The translations under genes were made by a program, and so were the position numbers. A stretch of DNA of 63,092 bases, filler included, from Choristocarpus tenellus KU-1152 (taxonomy: Eukaryota; Protista; Phaeophyceae): NCBI GenBank assembly GCA_964200185.2. It is 8 parts of 8 records of this genome, joined end to end, with 100 filler letters (N's around TTAATTAATTAA, not from the genome) between each part and the next. Parts side by side here need not be neighbours in the genome. Positions count along the whole stretch, not along the records: positions 11,205 to 14,349 come from CAXNAD020021991.1; positions 14,450 to 19,290 come from CAXNAD020012839.1; positions 19,391 to 35,855 come from CAXNAD020000826.1; 5 more parts are not named here. One strand, 5' to 3'. Of the stretch, positions 12,506 through 25,099 are shown piece by piece. The notes beneath the pieces were generated by a model. That model did not search any database. It saw nothing but the letters and a program-made list of their open reading frames with translations, and was not told the DNA's origin. Every line of letters starts with the position of its first letter. Within the stretch, counting starts at the first letter, position 1.

Positions 12506-14275
12506 ACTTGGGTAAACTAACATGTCAGCCGCATGCTAATACATGCTACGTGAACGGACGATAGCCGCAACATCCGTCAAAGGCGCTAAATCATGACGGT
12601 GTGTGTTTGCAATATTGGTCATTCAGAGACGCCCCATAGTAGGCTGCACGAAGGGTGAACGTTTCTTGTATGAGGACTCACCTTCTGGTTCCCTTTGGAG
12701 GCATTGCGGCATTTAGTGGTTGGACTAAGCCTCTCAGTTGATTGCAGGATGTCTGCATCGGGTGGGCACGTTTGAAATGGGACAGGACAAACAGGCAGAA
12801 GGAGAGAGAGAAAATGTTTTGTGCATCGAGTCAGGCCCAGAGGGGATGGCATGTCACGGTCGGTTCACATCATCCTCCAGCCGTACGCACCTGATCACCT
12901 TGCACGAAGTGCAAGTCTTCTCGTATTTTTTACCTTCCGACACACCCGGTATTCAGCGTCACGTACAGCTCACAGGGTTAGCCACAGACGATCCCGATTC
13001 TCATGGAGGGGATGCACACCTATCCTCTCTTGGTCAAGAAGGTATGGTCCATTTTAGGCTATTTCTTTTCGGCTATATAACAACTTCACATTAATCAATC
13101 ACAGAACAACCGCCTTTATGGAATATGTTATACCCATATAAATTAATAGTACATATTTTGTGGTTATGAACATTTACTTGGGGTGTTCCTTTTCATCGGG
13201 AATAACAAAGGATATTTACTAAAGGTAATTTTGCTCTCTTCACGTATGTTTTGAAGTTTGTATGCATGTCGAAGAAGGTGTTAGACCAGAACAAATACAG
13301 ACATAAAAATGTATATATATGTAAATATGTAACTCTCGATGCGCTATCTCTTCATTAGTGCGAGAGGGTCAAAACGTGGATTTTGCATCTTTTTTTTCAT
13401 ACAATTGCAGTTGTGTAGAATTATATTATAGTGCAAAACAAAAAACCATTCGCCAAACCACATATGTGACAAAACCCCACACTCCCTCACTCTGTCGACA
13501 ACAAACCAACCTGGACAATATAGAGGGATCGTTGTCGTGGTTCTTCGAGAGGACCACACCCATCGCACCGCAGATGTACAAAGATGACCTGCCAGCCACT
13601 GAGAGATCTCGCTAACAACGGGAATGAACTCGTGGACTCCGGAGGGGTTAGACCCCAGGACACCCCAAAGGCAAGACCAGGCCTCCGTTGCAGCGAGACA
13701 CACTCCAATGTAGCCTGTGCGTTCTGTAATTACCTGAAGGAGAGATTAGCGCTTGAAGACTAGGCACATACGGTCACCATATATCCTTCGGAAATCACAT
13801 ATTTGCATCGAAATCAGAGAGACGTGGTGTTCAGCAGTTCCACCGTAATTCCGAACCGGTGACACACACGTCCTCCCATCAAGAGCACAACGAAACGTAA
13901 AGACGAAGTCCGTGTGCTCCGATATCCTCGATCCGATATGTATCGGAACCAAACGATATTCCTTCCCGTTTCTGTTTCCGATCCCAATCCTAGCACCTGT
14001 CCCAACTCTAACCCTGCGCCCTAACCCTGACACCGCCTCTCACCCTACACAATAACGAAATTATGCCCAGTGATGTTTCGCCCTTCCTTCATCTGCTCGC
14101 CTCATTTCATTTTCGCCATACTTTACCGTACGACAAAGTATGGCAAAAGGTGCGACTGTCCACATACTAAACTCTTTGAAGCCGCACGCCTCCAAACCAT
14201 CGTTCTCGATTTACCACAAAACTCAATCGCCAACCCACATCCCCCACAGAGCAAGGGGCACATACGATGGTATGT

Positions 14276-14349
14276 GAGTGAAAGTATCTTAGAGAGTACA
14301 AGTTTTGCCCTGTTTGTCCATTTGGAGCTTGGCTTCCCTTGGGGTTTTT
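14276..14349. mobile_element. MITE family B end
   Basis: GAGTGAAAGTATCTTAGAGAGTACAAGTTTTGCCCTGTTTGTCCATTTGG. Confidence 0.85.
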
Positions 14350-14449
14350 NNNNNNNNNNNNNNNNNNNNNNNNNNNNNNNNNNNNNNNNNNNNTTAATTA
14401 ATTAANNNNNNNNNNNNNNNNNNNNNNNNNNNNNNNNNNNNNNNNNNNN

Positions 14450-14488
14450 CCCCCCCCCCCCCCCCCCCCCCCCAAGATACTTTGACTC
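14450..14488. mobile_element. MITE family A-like end
   Basis: polyC followed by AAGATACTTTGACTC. Confidence 0.6.
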
Positions 14489-16846
14489 CTATGTGAAAAA
14501 TTGCAAGTAGGCATTCACCACAAGACCTCAAGCTCATCCTCAAGGACAGCATGATATGGACCTGGAGAGCAAGATTCATATGAGCATATACCACACCCAT
14601 GGTCGGCAGATTCTTTTTTTTAACTAAACAAGAATATTATCGTTATCACAGGATTTAAAAAAAAACTAAACCAGATATGTACACACACCAGTCCAGGGAA
14701 TCTATGATTCTTTTATCATCTTTTTCGAGGCGATACCCAGGGCACACGTTAACCAATCATATCATTCCTTTAATAATGAATTATGAAGGAGTGGTGAATA
14801 AAAAAATGGTTTGAAGTTCTAGAAAAAAAAAAGTTGATATCAGGAAAGGAATGCATAGACTAGGAGACAACGAGGAGACAGGGGTATGAAAGTGGGGAGG
14901 GGGGGGAAAGCCCTCATGGTCTGTTGTCACCTTCTTCAGCTCTTCATCGTGGTGGTAGTCACAAGCGCCTAGGTCTTGCTTTGTGTTGCTGACATTTTTT
15001 TAAAATTCAAAACAGGGAGGGGGGGGGGGGGAAGGCATTACATAGAAAAAGAAGAACAGAAAGTTGGAAAAATGGGAGGGTTGATAAGAAGGAAAAAAAA
15101 TAAAAATATATTTATCACAAAAGGGTACAATAAAAGATTTTAAAAAAATAAAAAAGGGAAAAATAAAAGTTTTCAGCACCGGCATAGAGAGAGCTACATG
15201 GGAAATGTGCCATTCTGATAGGTATCTGTATTTGTAAAAATTGAGCAACAGCAAACATTGAAATATCGTTGGACGTTGAAGGACCTCAGAAGTTTTTCCT
15301 TGTTTCCTGGGGTGTGTGTCAGTGACAACTGAGAGGGATGGGAAGAGAGAGAGGTGTTGCAAAAACTTCCTTTCATATTGCTGGGGATCACCTGAACAGA
15401 TCGTGTGGGCAGAGGCCACACAGATATGCCTTGCACACTCGCTCGTCCTTGAAATCATCGATTACAGCGTCTTCATTGTCCAAGTTCCTGTTTACTCCCA
15501 TTAGCTCATCTACCCAAGGCAGAAATAGCCAAACCACCGAACATCAGATTCAGTCGAGATTGTGGATCAAAGAAATGATCACAAAAAAAGAAAATTATTG
15601 TCAGGAAAACTCGGCAAGTGAGGTAGGTGATTAAATTTACAGCAACGTTTTACTCACTTCTTTTCTGTAAACTCGTGATTGAACCTCGTTGACAACAACA
15701 AACGGTAGGAAATTCGTGCTTTTCACAAGGAAAACGACCACCTGTCCTCAAGGGCTGGGAGTCCTTCTAGCAAGGGAGGGACATGATGATCGGGCCGACT
15801 ACTGGGTGCATGGAGCTTGGGAAGCACACCAAGTAGATTTAGCTGAAAGGTGAGAGAAGAACTTTGAGGTTCGTCCAAAAAATGCTGTTCGACAGATGCG
15901 AACAAGACACCTGCAGTAATTGATCTTTATCCACACCCTTGGCTAAAATCTCTTAATTGAGGAAGTGCTGCGGGTGAATGAGTATACTTCCAGTGTAATT
16001 CTTTAACCTTGAGAGGTTCGATCTAGAACCATCTCGAAAGGTGGGGGTATCAACAATTACGGCTGGGACTATCGATGGGCTGCTTGCTCTTTAATTTAAC
16101 ATGGATAAGACCACATACACATTATGCGCAGGAAAATTGTATGGCGGAAAGAACTCTTAAAATTTCAGATGCGTGTGAGGACAAAAACAGGACAAATCAT
16201 CTGAAGATGCGGATAGAGCATGAAACGCAGCCCCACTCATTTACACGTCCACGGCAACAGATATTAGGTGATCAAAATGGATATAATCTTCGCGTTCTTT
16301 AGACATCTCACCCAGCAGGGCCCTCTGGGAATCCATCTGTGACGGCTTGCTGTCGCGCCATTTCCCCATCTTGACTTCCTCTTCCTTTGAGGGATTGGAT
16401 CTTCAGACCCCACCGTAACCCCCTACTACTTGTTAAGAGTGACTAAATGATATTCGATTAGAGAGTGATTAATGCACCTATTTTTATCCAGATATTCTGC
16501 GATTTCCACTGTCTGGATTAGTTGGGTGGAAACCTGAGCGGGTGAGGATGCTAACATCACCAGGTTTCATAACCATGCAAGGCGTGCTCAGGCAGTTATC
16601 ACACCCTTACAATAAACAGTCTCCCAACAAGATGTTGCACAGAGCCGACACTTTGAGGACACCTCGGAATATAGAAGGAAGGAATATATCCAGGGTGGGT
16701 TGAGCTAAGAGTATAGCCTTTCTGGTGATAATATCTTGCAGTCGACGCTTCCTCCACGTCAAGGTAGTCAATGTAGTTCCTCGGTCTGTCACAAATTCTC
16801 GAAGTGGGAAGCTTCAATGCTCGCATCGTCGCTCATCTTCCTGTAG

Positions 16847-16957
16847 GTGGAAGAGGTGAAGTACCCGCTCACTCCACATCAAAAGAAAGAGGTTGAAGAT
16901 TCATTCGCGATATTCGATCATGACAAGACAGGAACACTGGACCTTCACGAGGTCAAG
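16847..16957 (+). CDS. Centrin/calmodulin-like EF-hand protein, exon with EF1
   Basis: tag|VEEVKYPLTPHQKKEVEDSFAIFDHDKTGTLDLHEVK|gcaagt. The EF loop is DHDKTGTLDLHE. Confidence 0.85.
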
Positions 16958-17287
16958 GCAAGTTGCACCGTTTCCCCAACAGGTTCATTAAACGACAGGA
17001 AAGGAACAATGCGGTAATCTTCCACGCAGTTTTGTTTTGTTTGAATTATCCATTCATCAGTTAATCCCTTCTAGTTTTTGAGGATTATCGCAAAGGTTCA
17101 CCCTCAACTCGGTAGAGATGGTGTGACGAGTGACTAGTTGTGCTTGTGGGATTGGACTTCACGATACCGATGTATACCTGTATCCTGCCCTGGTCCTTGG
17201 AGCTTATTGCGTGACAAGCAACGGTTCATCTCTTAAGTCCAGTTCTATGGAAGCGGACTTATGATGCTGGTGTATCGGTTACCACAG

Positions 17288-17402
17288 GTGCTGATGCGGG
17301 CGCTGGGTTTCTCCGTGTTACGTGTGGATATTCCAAGAATGGTGCACCAAGTCAACCCAGACTCTGGAAACAAGGTTGACCTGAAGACATTCAAGGCAGT
17401 AA
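17288..17402 (+). CDS. Centrin-like protein, exon with EF2 region
   Basis: cag|VLMRALGFSVLRVDIPRMVHQVNPDSGNKVDLKTFKAV|gtgagt. K-VLMRALGF is the centrin signature. An alternative donor lies at 17399. Confidence 0.85.
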
Positions 17403-17999
17403 GTGAGTAATATAGATGCTGGGTTCTGGGTTCAACTTAAAGCTTGTGGCTTCTTGGGATTGTTCCCTATAATATTTTAATGAGGTGCGTCCATCTCTAG
17501 TGGTGTTGTTGAACACGGTTTTGCTGCGACTACAGATGAAGACAGCAAATGGTGCGGTTTGTGCAGTCATTTGAAGATGAACCGCAAGCTTATTTCCTTT
17601 TAGTAGGCTAGTTTCTATCCTAGGCGCCTCTATGCTCACAGCAGGCTCGCATTCACCTCAAAGATTTTCAATAGGAGGATATAGTTCCTGTTAGGGCAAC
17701 ACCTGTTATGCCAGTATGTCTCCTAGTTTCTATTTTAAGTGTCCAACACAAAACAGAACGAGAGTGCCTTTGAGTTCTGCTTATCATGCAATGTAAATCC
17801 TGTCCTAGTTGCTGTGACCTACACATATTGTTACCCAGCACCATCTGCAGCAGTGGTGCTGTAGAATTGTGGGATCTAAGGCCGTCAGATGGTGTTCACA
17901 GATCCTTTCAAGCTAAGATCCAGATCAATGCAGACCCAAAAGTTTGAACCTATCCAGACTGGTCATTAAGGTCGACTGAACCGTTCAGCTACTCGGTTA

Positions 18000-19080
18000 T
18001 TGGCAGACGGGGAGACAGCAGTACCAGACGAGCTACCAACCCTAACCCTGAAACTTGACCTCAGTGAAGCCAAGATGAACATGAAAAATATTTTTTTTAA
18101 CGGTTTCCACAAGGTTGTGATGACAGTGTGGGACCAGGAAGGTGGGCTGTGAGCTTATGACAAAATGTCCGTAAAGGAGTCCTACGGAGAGAAAAAATTG
18201 AACCGGTTGTAGCGGCTACAGTGGCATATCTATCTCACTGGTGAAATAAGCTGCTGGCAAAGTGCTTCTCAAGGTTACTGCGTGACCACAGGGGAACATA
18301 CTCGAACAGGAACAGTGTGGTTGCCAGCCTTGATGCTCCACGCTAGGGGACAAAGTGCACACCCTATGTGCTCTCCAGGAACTCCTCGGCAAAAAACCGA
18401 CAAAGTGAACACCTCTCTGCTCATGTGTTTCACCCGCCTACAGAGAGATCGTGACTTGTGATGACAATATCCCCAAGTTATGACTGTGCTTGTCAAGCAC
18501 GGAGCGCCTGAGGAAATGACCTCAGCCCATGCGCCGGTTCCATTTTGGCATGCAGGTATGCGTCCGTATGGATTCTGGCTAGTGCACAGATTGGTTTGAG
18601 GTGAAGGCCTTCCGTCAAGGGCGTGTTCTTGTCCCCACCTCCTCTTCAGCACCTTCTGTATAGTGCCGAGCATGGTAGCATGGTCAAAGTGATCAATACT
18701 GAAGCAGTCATCTCCAAGGGCCTCATTCTCGCCAGGGGAACTTCAAGCAAGAAACAGCCAGTTCAAAGGAGGAGGAGGAGGAGGAGGAGCTACAGGAATT
18801 GGGATAATACTCCAGCATCTCCTGTGAGGTATGCTCTATGCTGGAGATGTGGTCGTTGAGTCTAGGCCTCAAGGAAGATTGACCAGAATGATGACAGTGA
18901 TCGTAAAAGGTGGCTAGGGCATTTGGACTGACTGTGCCTCGAGTTGAAAACGGAGACCATCCTCCGCCTTTGACCTCCCAACAAGGCCTCACACATTGTG
19001 CAGACCCATGCTTCAGTTGGAAGAGAGGTACAAGCTGACTGACAAATGTAACTAGTTCTTCGGGCTTTCTCATCTGTCAA
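18000..19080 (+). mobile_element. Decayed RTE-clade non-LTR retrotransposon (reverse transcriptase)
   Basis: Across frames: EQEQCG..P.CST, NTSLLMCF, VLVKHGAPEEM, TDWFEV, RQG, GMLYAGDVVVES (YADD box near 18828-18865) and LTRMMTVIV. Confidence 0.8.
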
Positions 19081-20599
19081 GTGACATGTGTTGCATCTGA
19101 AGTACCTCCTCTTTTCTCCTCGGGAGCTGCACTGGCTTTCTTTTTTATTATCAAATTCAAAATTTCAAAATGTAACTTCCTTTTCCTTTTGATTGGTTAG
19201 TGATAAGAACAGTTACGTGTTGTTTGTTCCAAGGAAACTAAACCAATAGGAAGCAATGTTCTCATTAGTTGTTGGGGGGGTTTTGGGGGGNNNNNNNNNN
19301 NNNNNNNNNNNNNNNNNNNNNNNNNNNNNNNNNNTTAATTAATTAANNNNNNNNNNNNNNNNNNNNNNNNNNNNNNNNNNNNNNNNNNNNGGGGGGGGGG
19401 AGGGACAAGGTGATGTTTAATTTCCTTCAGGTTCTTTTGCTATGACCAGTGACATGGACCACAATGTATCTAATAGAGCAATAGTACTTCTTAGTATCAT
19501 TGTAGGATAACTAGAAAAGGCAGGTCTTCAGAATTTTAACCTTTTTTGAAGGGCCATTTATAGGTTGGAGCCATTACAGATCTACCAAATCGGAAAGTTA
19601 GAAATTGTCTACAAATGCCACCTAAGGCTTCTGATTGGTGGGTGTATTGGGCAAAAACATGATTTTCTTTGTTATGTGTCCTTTGTTTTGACTCTTGATA
19701 AATAAGATAGATAAAATAAAATGATAAATTTTGTCGGCAGAAAACCTACTTACTCATTGTGGACAATGAAAATAGTTTTTGAAGTTGTAAAAATGAGCTA
19801 TATTTTTTCTCCAATAATAGTATGTTCATCCCATATCACTTTCCTGCAATCTTTATGTTGTGTTCTCAGGGTGTGTGTGTTATTGGTAGAAACATACATT
19901 TTTGTTTAAATTGACCAATCAGTAGCATCTTTTTTATTGGTTGATGTAATGTAAGGTATCTTTGATGATTTGGGAGCAGTATTTTGCCATTGGCCTTTCA
20001 GTGGAAAAAAGTGAGATTTTTTTGCTGATAAAAAAAGTGGTATAGTGTTCCTATGATATGTTTGTAATCTGTACGAAATCTACTCCTAGTAGGTATGCTA
20101 ATGGAATTCGATATATAGACAGTTATTATTTGTTCACTATTTTATTATCATATATTTATTTTAACATAGTGTGATCGATGTGTAGGGATAGGTGGTGAGA
20201 AGGTAAGCATTAAAGAAAAAGGAAAGTGAGCATATATATATATATTTTAAGTTAACCAAGCAAAATATCACTGTTACATTTTTTCAGGCAGTAAGAAAAT
20301 GCAATGTGCCTACATATGGTAGTGGACATTGTCAGTTCCCATCTCGTGCTGGTTAGGGTTAAAGACCCTAGTGTGACCCCTTAAAAATGCCTATCCTTTT
20401 TGGTTATTTTTTTGTGCCCTGCATATGTGTAGGTGTTACCAGTGAAGCACCGCAGTGAGGTAAAGGGACCCTACCCTACCGCTACAGAGCCTTCAGATCA
20501 CATCTTGATTGCAGCAGATTACAGCTTTGCCCCCTAATTGAAGGCAGGTTACTTTTCTTTGCAGGGTGACCTGGGTACGATATAGTGGTTTTGATAGAT

Positions 20600-22150
20600 G
20601 CTAATGCTAAGTTGATAAGAATTGCTGGGAAATAATAATTTATTTTGCAGAGGAATGAGGTTTGTAGCTATGTCATTTTGCAGCATCTCTGAATGAATTC
20701 GTCGGTAGCCTTAAGATTATCCTACATTAATGGCCAAGGTAGACAAGAGTCTTTGTTGTTACGGTCAGTCTGAAAGCCAGGGCTCAGGTTAACTGGGGCC
20801 TCTTGCAGGTTACCTGCTTTTTCTTTTCACCTGCCCACGTCAATGTCTCCGATGAAATGCCATATTTGGATATTTCTTAGGTATCTATTTGTACAACTTG
20901 TCCTTCAGAAATAGTGGTTATCAGCTAAAGGTTCCATTGACAAGGAACAAGACTCAACTCATAATCACAGTACAGATAACGGTAAGCGAACAGGCTGGAT
21001 GAGATGGTACTGTAAGTACCCAATTAGTAGAAAATAATTCCCAGCTGCTGTCCTTTTTTTGAATCCTCTCTGTGGAAAGGCCCAAGGCATGGCAAGTGTG
21101 CCAACTACTTTACAGCAGGGAGGTTGAAACACTCAATATCTCCAAAAATAGGGAAGATTTTGGTCCAGCATAGTGTATGCTTGATGATGATGGTCCAGTC
21201 CCAAGTCATCAGAGGATTCTTCTTCGAAAGATGCATGAGCCACAACATAGGGCCTGCGTTCTTTGTAGTCTCAAACTTGTACCTGGCAGGACCAGGGATG
21301 TGTTTCCAGGATGAGTAACATTATAACACATCTGTCTGGTAGCTGGGATGCTTCCATGAACCTTGCAATGGGCAGGAAGTAACTCTCCAAGAAGTAGTGG
21401 AGCCAAGTCCTCAGTAATCATGGTGAGTGGTGCCTGTGAGGTGCGTGAAAAGAGAATGGTGAAGTTGTTGCTTGTTGTCCTTCAACTACCACACCAACAG
21501 ATACATTGATAAATGGAACATTATGCTTGCTGTCAGTTTTGCCGCCCTGAGGTATATTCCGGACTGGTCTGAATACACACCTAGAAGCTCATCCTTTTGA
21601 TAAATAGAGATTTTGAGCAAATAAGTTTCCAATCTCACTTTCCTGCTGTTGCTAGTAATAGCAAGGTACTTCCACCAGGTTCTCACTCGTCTATCTCTGT
21701 TCTCTTTTCTTAATTCATGCATGCATGTGCCCCCACGACCTCAGCTCACTTGTCTTAATTCCAGATCCCACAAAGCCATGGTTTCACACCACTTCCACTG
21801 CACTTATTCCTCCAATCGAAGGACATTCGTAGTGATTGGTGTAAAACATCCTAAAGTACCACTATCCTGCTTTCTACGAACTTTTCGAAAGGACAACATT
21901 TGCGAAATTTCGGTCAATCCAAGCATTGTCACAATTGCGATTGAGGAGTAAGTTGAAGGGAAGGCAGTCATTGTCCATATGGACAAAACATTTTGCTATA
22001 AGCTGCATGGTCTTCTAAGTACTGGTAGTGTATTTATTGATGGTGGATGGAGACACGACCATGGCAAGCTGGTTGGTTGCCCATGGCCAGAAGGAGCTGA
22101 CCAAGTATGTTTGGGGGAAGACACATTCAACTTAACAAACATCGCTGGTG
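20600..22150 (-). pseudogene. Tyrosine-recombinase-like domain (spliced, decayed)
   Basis: Motifs occur in the expected order: PSTINKY (~22040), IPATRQ (R at 21335-21337), FETTKN (K at 21261-21263), RYLRNIQIWHF (R at 20875-20877), IHSEMLQNDI (H at 20693-20695) with a TAC 2 nt out of frame (20664-20666). Stops and frameshifts are present. Confidence 0.45.
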
Positions 22151-23344
22151 AGTCGAGCCGCAAGGTAGGGAGGGTGTTACAATGACTGATGGGTGCTCTA
22201 GATGAGGGGAAGAGGAGAGTGAGGTGGAAATGACAGTGGAAGATGGCAGCAATGATCTTGTCCGGGCTGATAACTCTGAGCCCATAGTGTAATTAAGAGT
22301 ATCAAGAGACCATCTGTATGAAAAACAACAAAGTTATCCCATAAAACAGAAACGCTCCCGTTACCCAGGTAATGCTCCCCGTTCCACCATGTGTTGTGAG
22401 TTAGAGGTCCTACAATAGATTGGTTGACAGGTTAGGAAGTCAGGTTTCATTCGTTATGTATTTCATGGGGTGGATGGACCTGTAGCGGATTTCAGTACAT
22501 TTTGGATACCTCCACTTTCAGGGTAATATGCTTTGCGGAATATTTGGTGCTCTCCTTTTACGTGGGTCTGTATAGACCACAAGCGTGGTTGGAACATCAA
22601 AATTTTACTTACATTTATCCTCACAGTTCAGTAAATAAAGATACCGTCACCTGGATGAACTTCACATGTCTGAACACCATCAATACCAGACTTGTTTACA
22701 TTGAATTCTGGTTTCAATTATCCCAAGTCCAAGAGTCAAGCTCAACAGGCTGTACACCTATAACACTACTCTATCTGTAGCTGAAAACAAAAAAATGCAG
22801 TACCTACATCAAGGTGGCAAAATCCAGTCAGGCACAGACAGCACAACGGCCAAGAAGCAAGGCGCAAACAGAGACAATACAACTAGACATAGTGCAACAG
22901 TTAGGCACAGTAGTTGATAGGAAAAGTAGTACAGTGCATAGTGACTTTGACCACAAATTTGGATATTCCCCAAACAACAGTGCATAATAAGAATAATGTT
23001 GTAGTGGTGACGGAATACCTACCATACCCTTTGTGTACAGTGACTGATGGGCAACTGAATAGAACAGATAGACGGATGTCTGTACACCAGTAGGTGAGAT
23101 ACCAAAGATAATGCAACTTTGAGCTATGGCGAAAACCTTCACAAACACATTGCCCTTGGAAATGTGTACCTCCTTCATCTTGAACACTTTTGAAACAGTC
23201 AAAGCATTGCCGAGTGAGAAGGAAGTGGTGAACGGCAAGGTATTGAGAACTACGTAGTTCTAAGCAATAATCTAGGCTCAGGGGATGCTAGGGCAATACA
23301 CCAGCTTGAAGGGTTTCGAAGTTCCGGTTCCCTACACTACTTAC

Positions 23345-24017
23345 CTTGGCAATTTTCTCGTTTGTCTGCGAAACTCGTATGCCCTTACCCCAGTCTTGTT
23401 CCCCACCCCGCTGCTCTGCGTATTGGCATTGGGTTGGATGTCCATGACAGTATCCTCTTTGCACATGATGGACCTACCCCTGGTCCAGCTCACCACAGAA
23501 GACCCATCACTAACATTTGCCTCACATCCTCCTTGAGAACCAGTTGTGGTGACCTTTTTCCTAGCTCCATTCACAGCAGCAGTTTTTGCATCTCGTTGAC
23601 GCCCCTTGCTTACTGCGGCCCTGGAAGCAGCTCCAGATTCAGCCTTCCTCTGCCCAGTCATCCAGGTATCGACTCTGTCCTGGGTCTTGATTTCGGTACC
23701 AGAGATGCCCACAGCATAAGGTGGAGCTGGCGCTTTTGAGGGCGGAGATGTTGATACCTTTGTTGGCAAAGCACTTTCTGTTGGTAAAGTAGATGGAGGC
23801 GAAGGGGATGATTTTGGGGCTGATAGTGATAGCAATACTGATGCCAGCTTTGCATGCAGAGTGGTGTAGACCGGGAGTGCAGAATTGCCACCCCCTTGTC
23901 TGTCATGCCCTGTCCCCCAGATAGGGTGTGTGTGTGCACCATTTGAAACCCCACATGCTGGTGGTGATGGCACCACAGTAGTGTCATTATTTCCCTGCTG
24001 CTGTGATGTTCCTGCCT
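23345..24017 (-). CDS. S/P/T-rich low-complexity exon of the contig-5 unit
   Basis: Open frame of more than 210 aa between a ctgcag| acceptor and an aag|gtaagt donor. Confidence 0.5.
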
Positions 24018-25099
24018 GCAGGAATGGAGAAAGGGGAGATGAGGGAGGCCCAGCAAACTTCTTGCGAACATGAAAACTCGAAAAAAAATGTGATGATAAA
24101 ATGGTAGCACTCCTATTGCATTATTATACTGTACTTGGAGTAATATAATATCCCTAACACTCCAAGCGAAATGTTTCTACCTTTGAGGCTAGTTTCTTCA
24201 CCACGCCAGTATATTCCTTCACACTGGATATGAGCAGATCTTTCATACTTTGATGTAAGATTTAAGCTCATTTCCCATAACCATAGTTTGCAACCTTATG
24301 GTCTTTTTGCGAACATGCTGACCAGTTCCCCCAGTAAGGAATGATTTACCTTCAATAATACAAATGCCTAACTCTGGTCCTTCACTTCTTACACCCTTCC
24401 TTCCTGCAGTATCCCCTCTATTGTTTTACATGCCCACTGGCATACATTATCACTTTCTGAAATCTGGCACATCTTAAATGCCTTAGTCCCTCAAAAGAGT
24501 CAAGGCCTCCAATGCATCTGCCTCTACCATCAACCCACAAAAAATAGAGTGACATATCTAGTGCATTAGTACTTGCAACACTGTGCATTGAAGCAAAATC
24601 AACATTACATACAGGGATCCACAGTTTGAAACCATTGTGATTGATGTGCTACTACCATGGCTGCATTATTTCAAGTCTACATCTTGTCTATGTTATTGTG
24701 ATACCTTTTGATGAGAATTCTGAACTCTAAGGATGCCCATGTCCTCATCAGGACGAGGCTGTCATACAACTGGTACCTGCGTGCTATATGAGACAACTAG
24801 GCATATTGCCAGTCTATTCCTTAAAGTAAAACTATACAAGCTCAGTAGTAATTATATCCTATCAATTAGACAGCTACTGTATTTAAAGTTTTGTTTAAAA
24901 TTTTGTTGCTCCTATTGAGATTTTCTGTTGTCTTAGGTTGCAGTGTGCTTTGAAGAGTCAATTACAGGTATTCTAAAAAGGTGTTGATGAAGGCTTATCA
25001 GCGTGAATTACACTACATGAACATTGGCAGAAAATAATTTATTTATTGCATACTCCTGGTTACATACACACAAGACCCTGGACGCCCACAAACCTCTCT

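Noticed and set aside
12865-12935. Mariner YSPDL-like motif (QPYAPDHLA)
   Set aside because: A single weak motif with no other DDD-domain features or TIRs.
11205-14349. Composite transposon bounded by two family B ends
   Set aside because: The tips of both MITEs face the interior, and contigs simply break at these repeats.
12600-16420. Possible minus-strand exons (~13520-13720, ~15740-15910, ~16310-16400)
   Set aside because: Splice-like sites exist, but I could not build a phase-consistent model or recognise a domain, and the span crosses a linker.
22600-24240. SET domain (VNKSGIDG..., EYTGVV)
   Set aside because: The fragments are in the wrong order and no NHS/ELxxDY motif was found.
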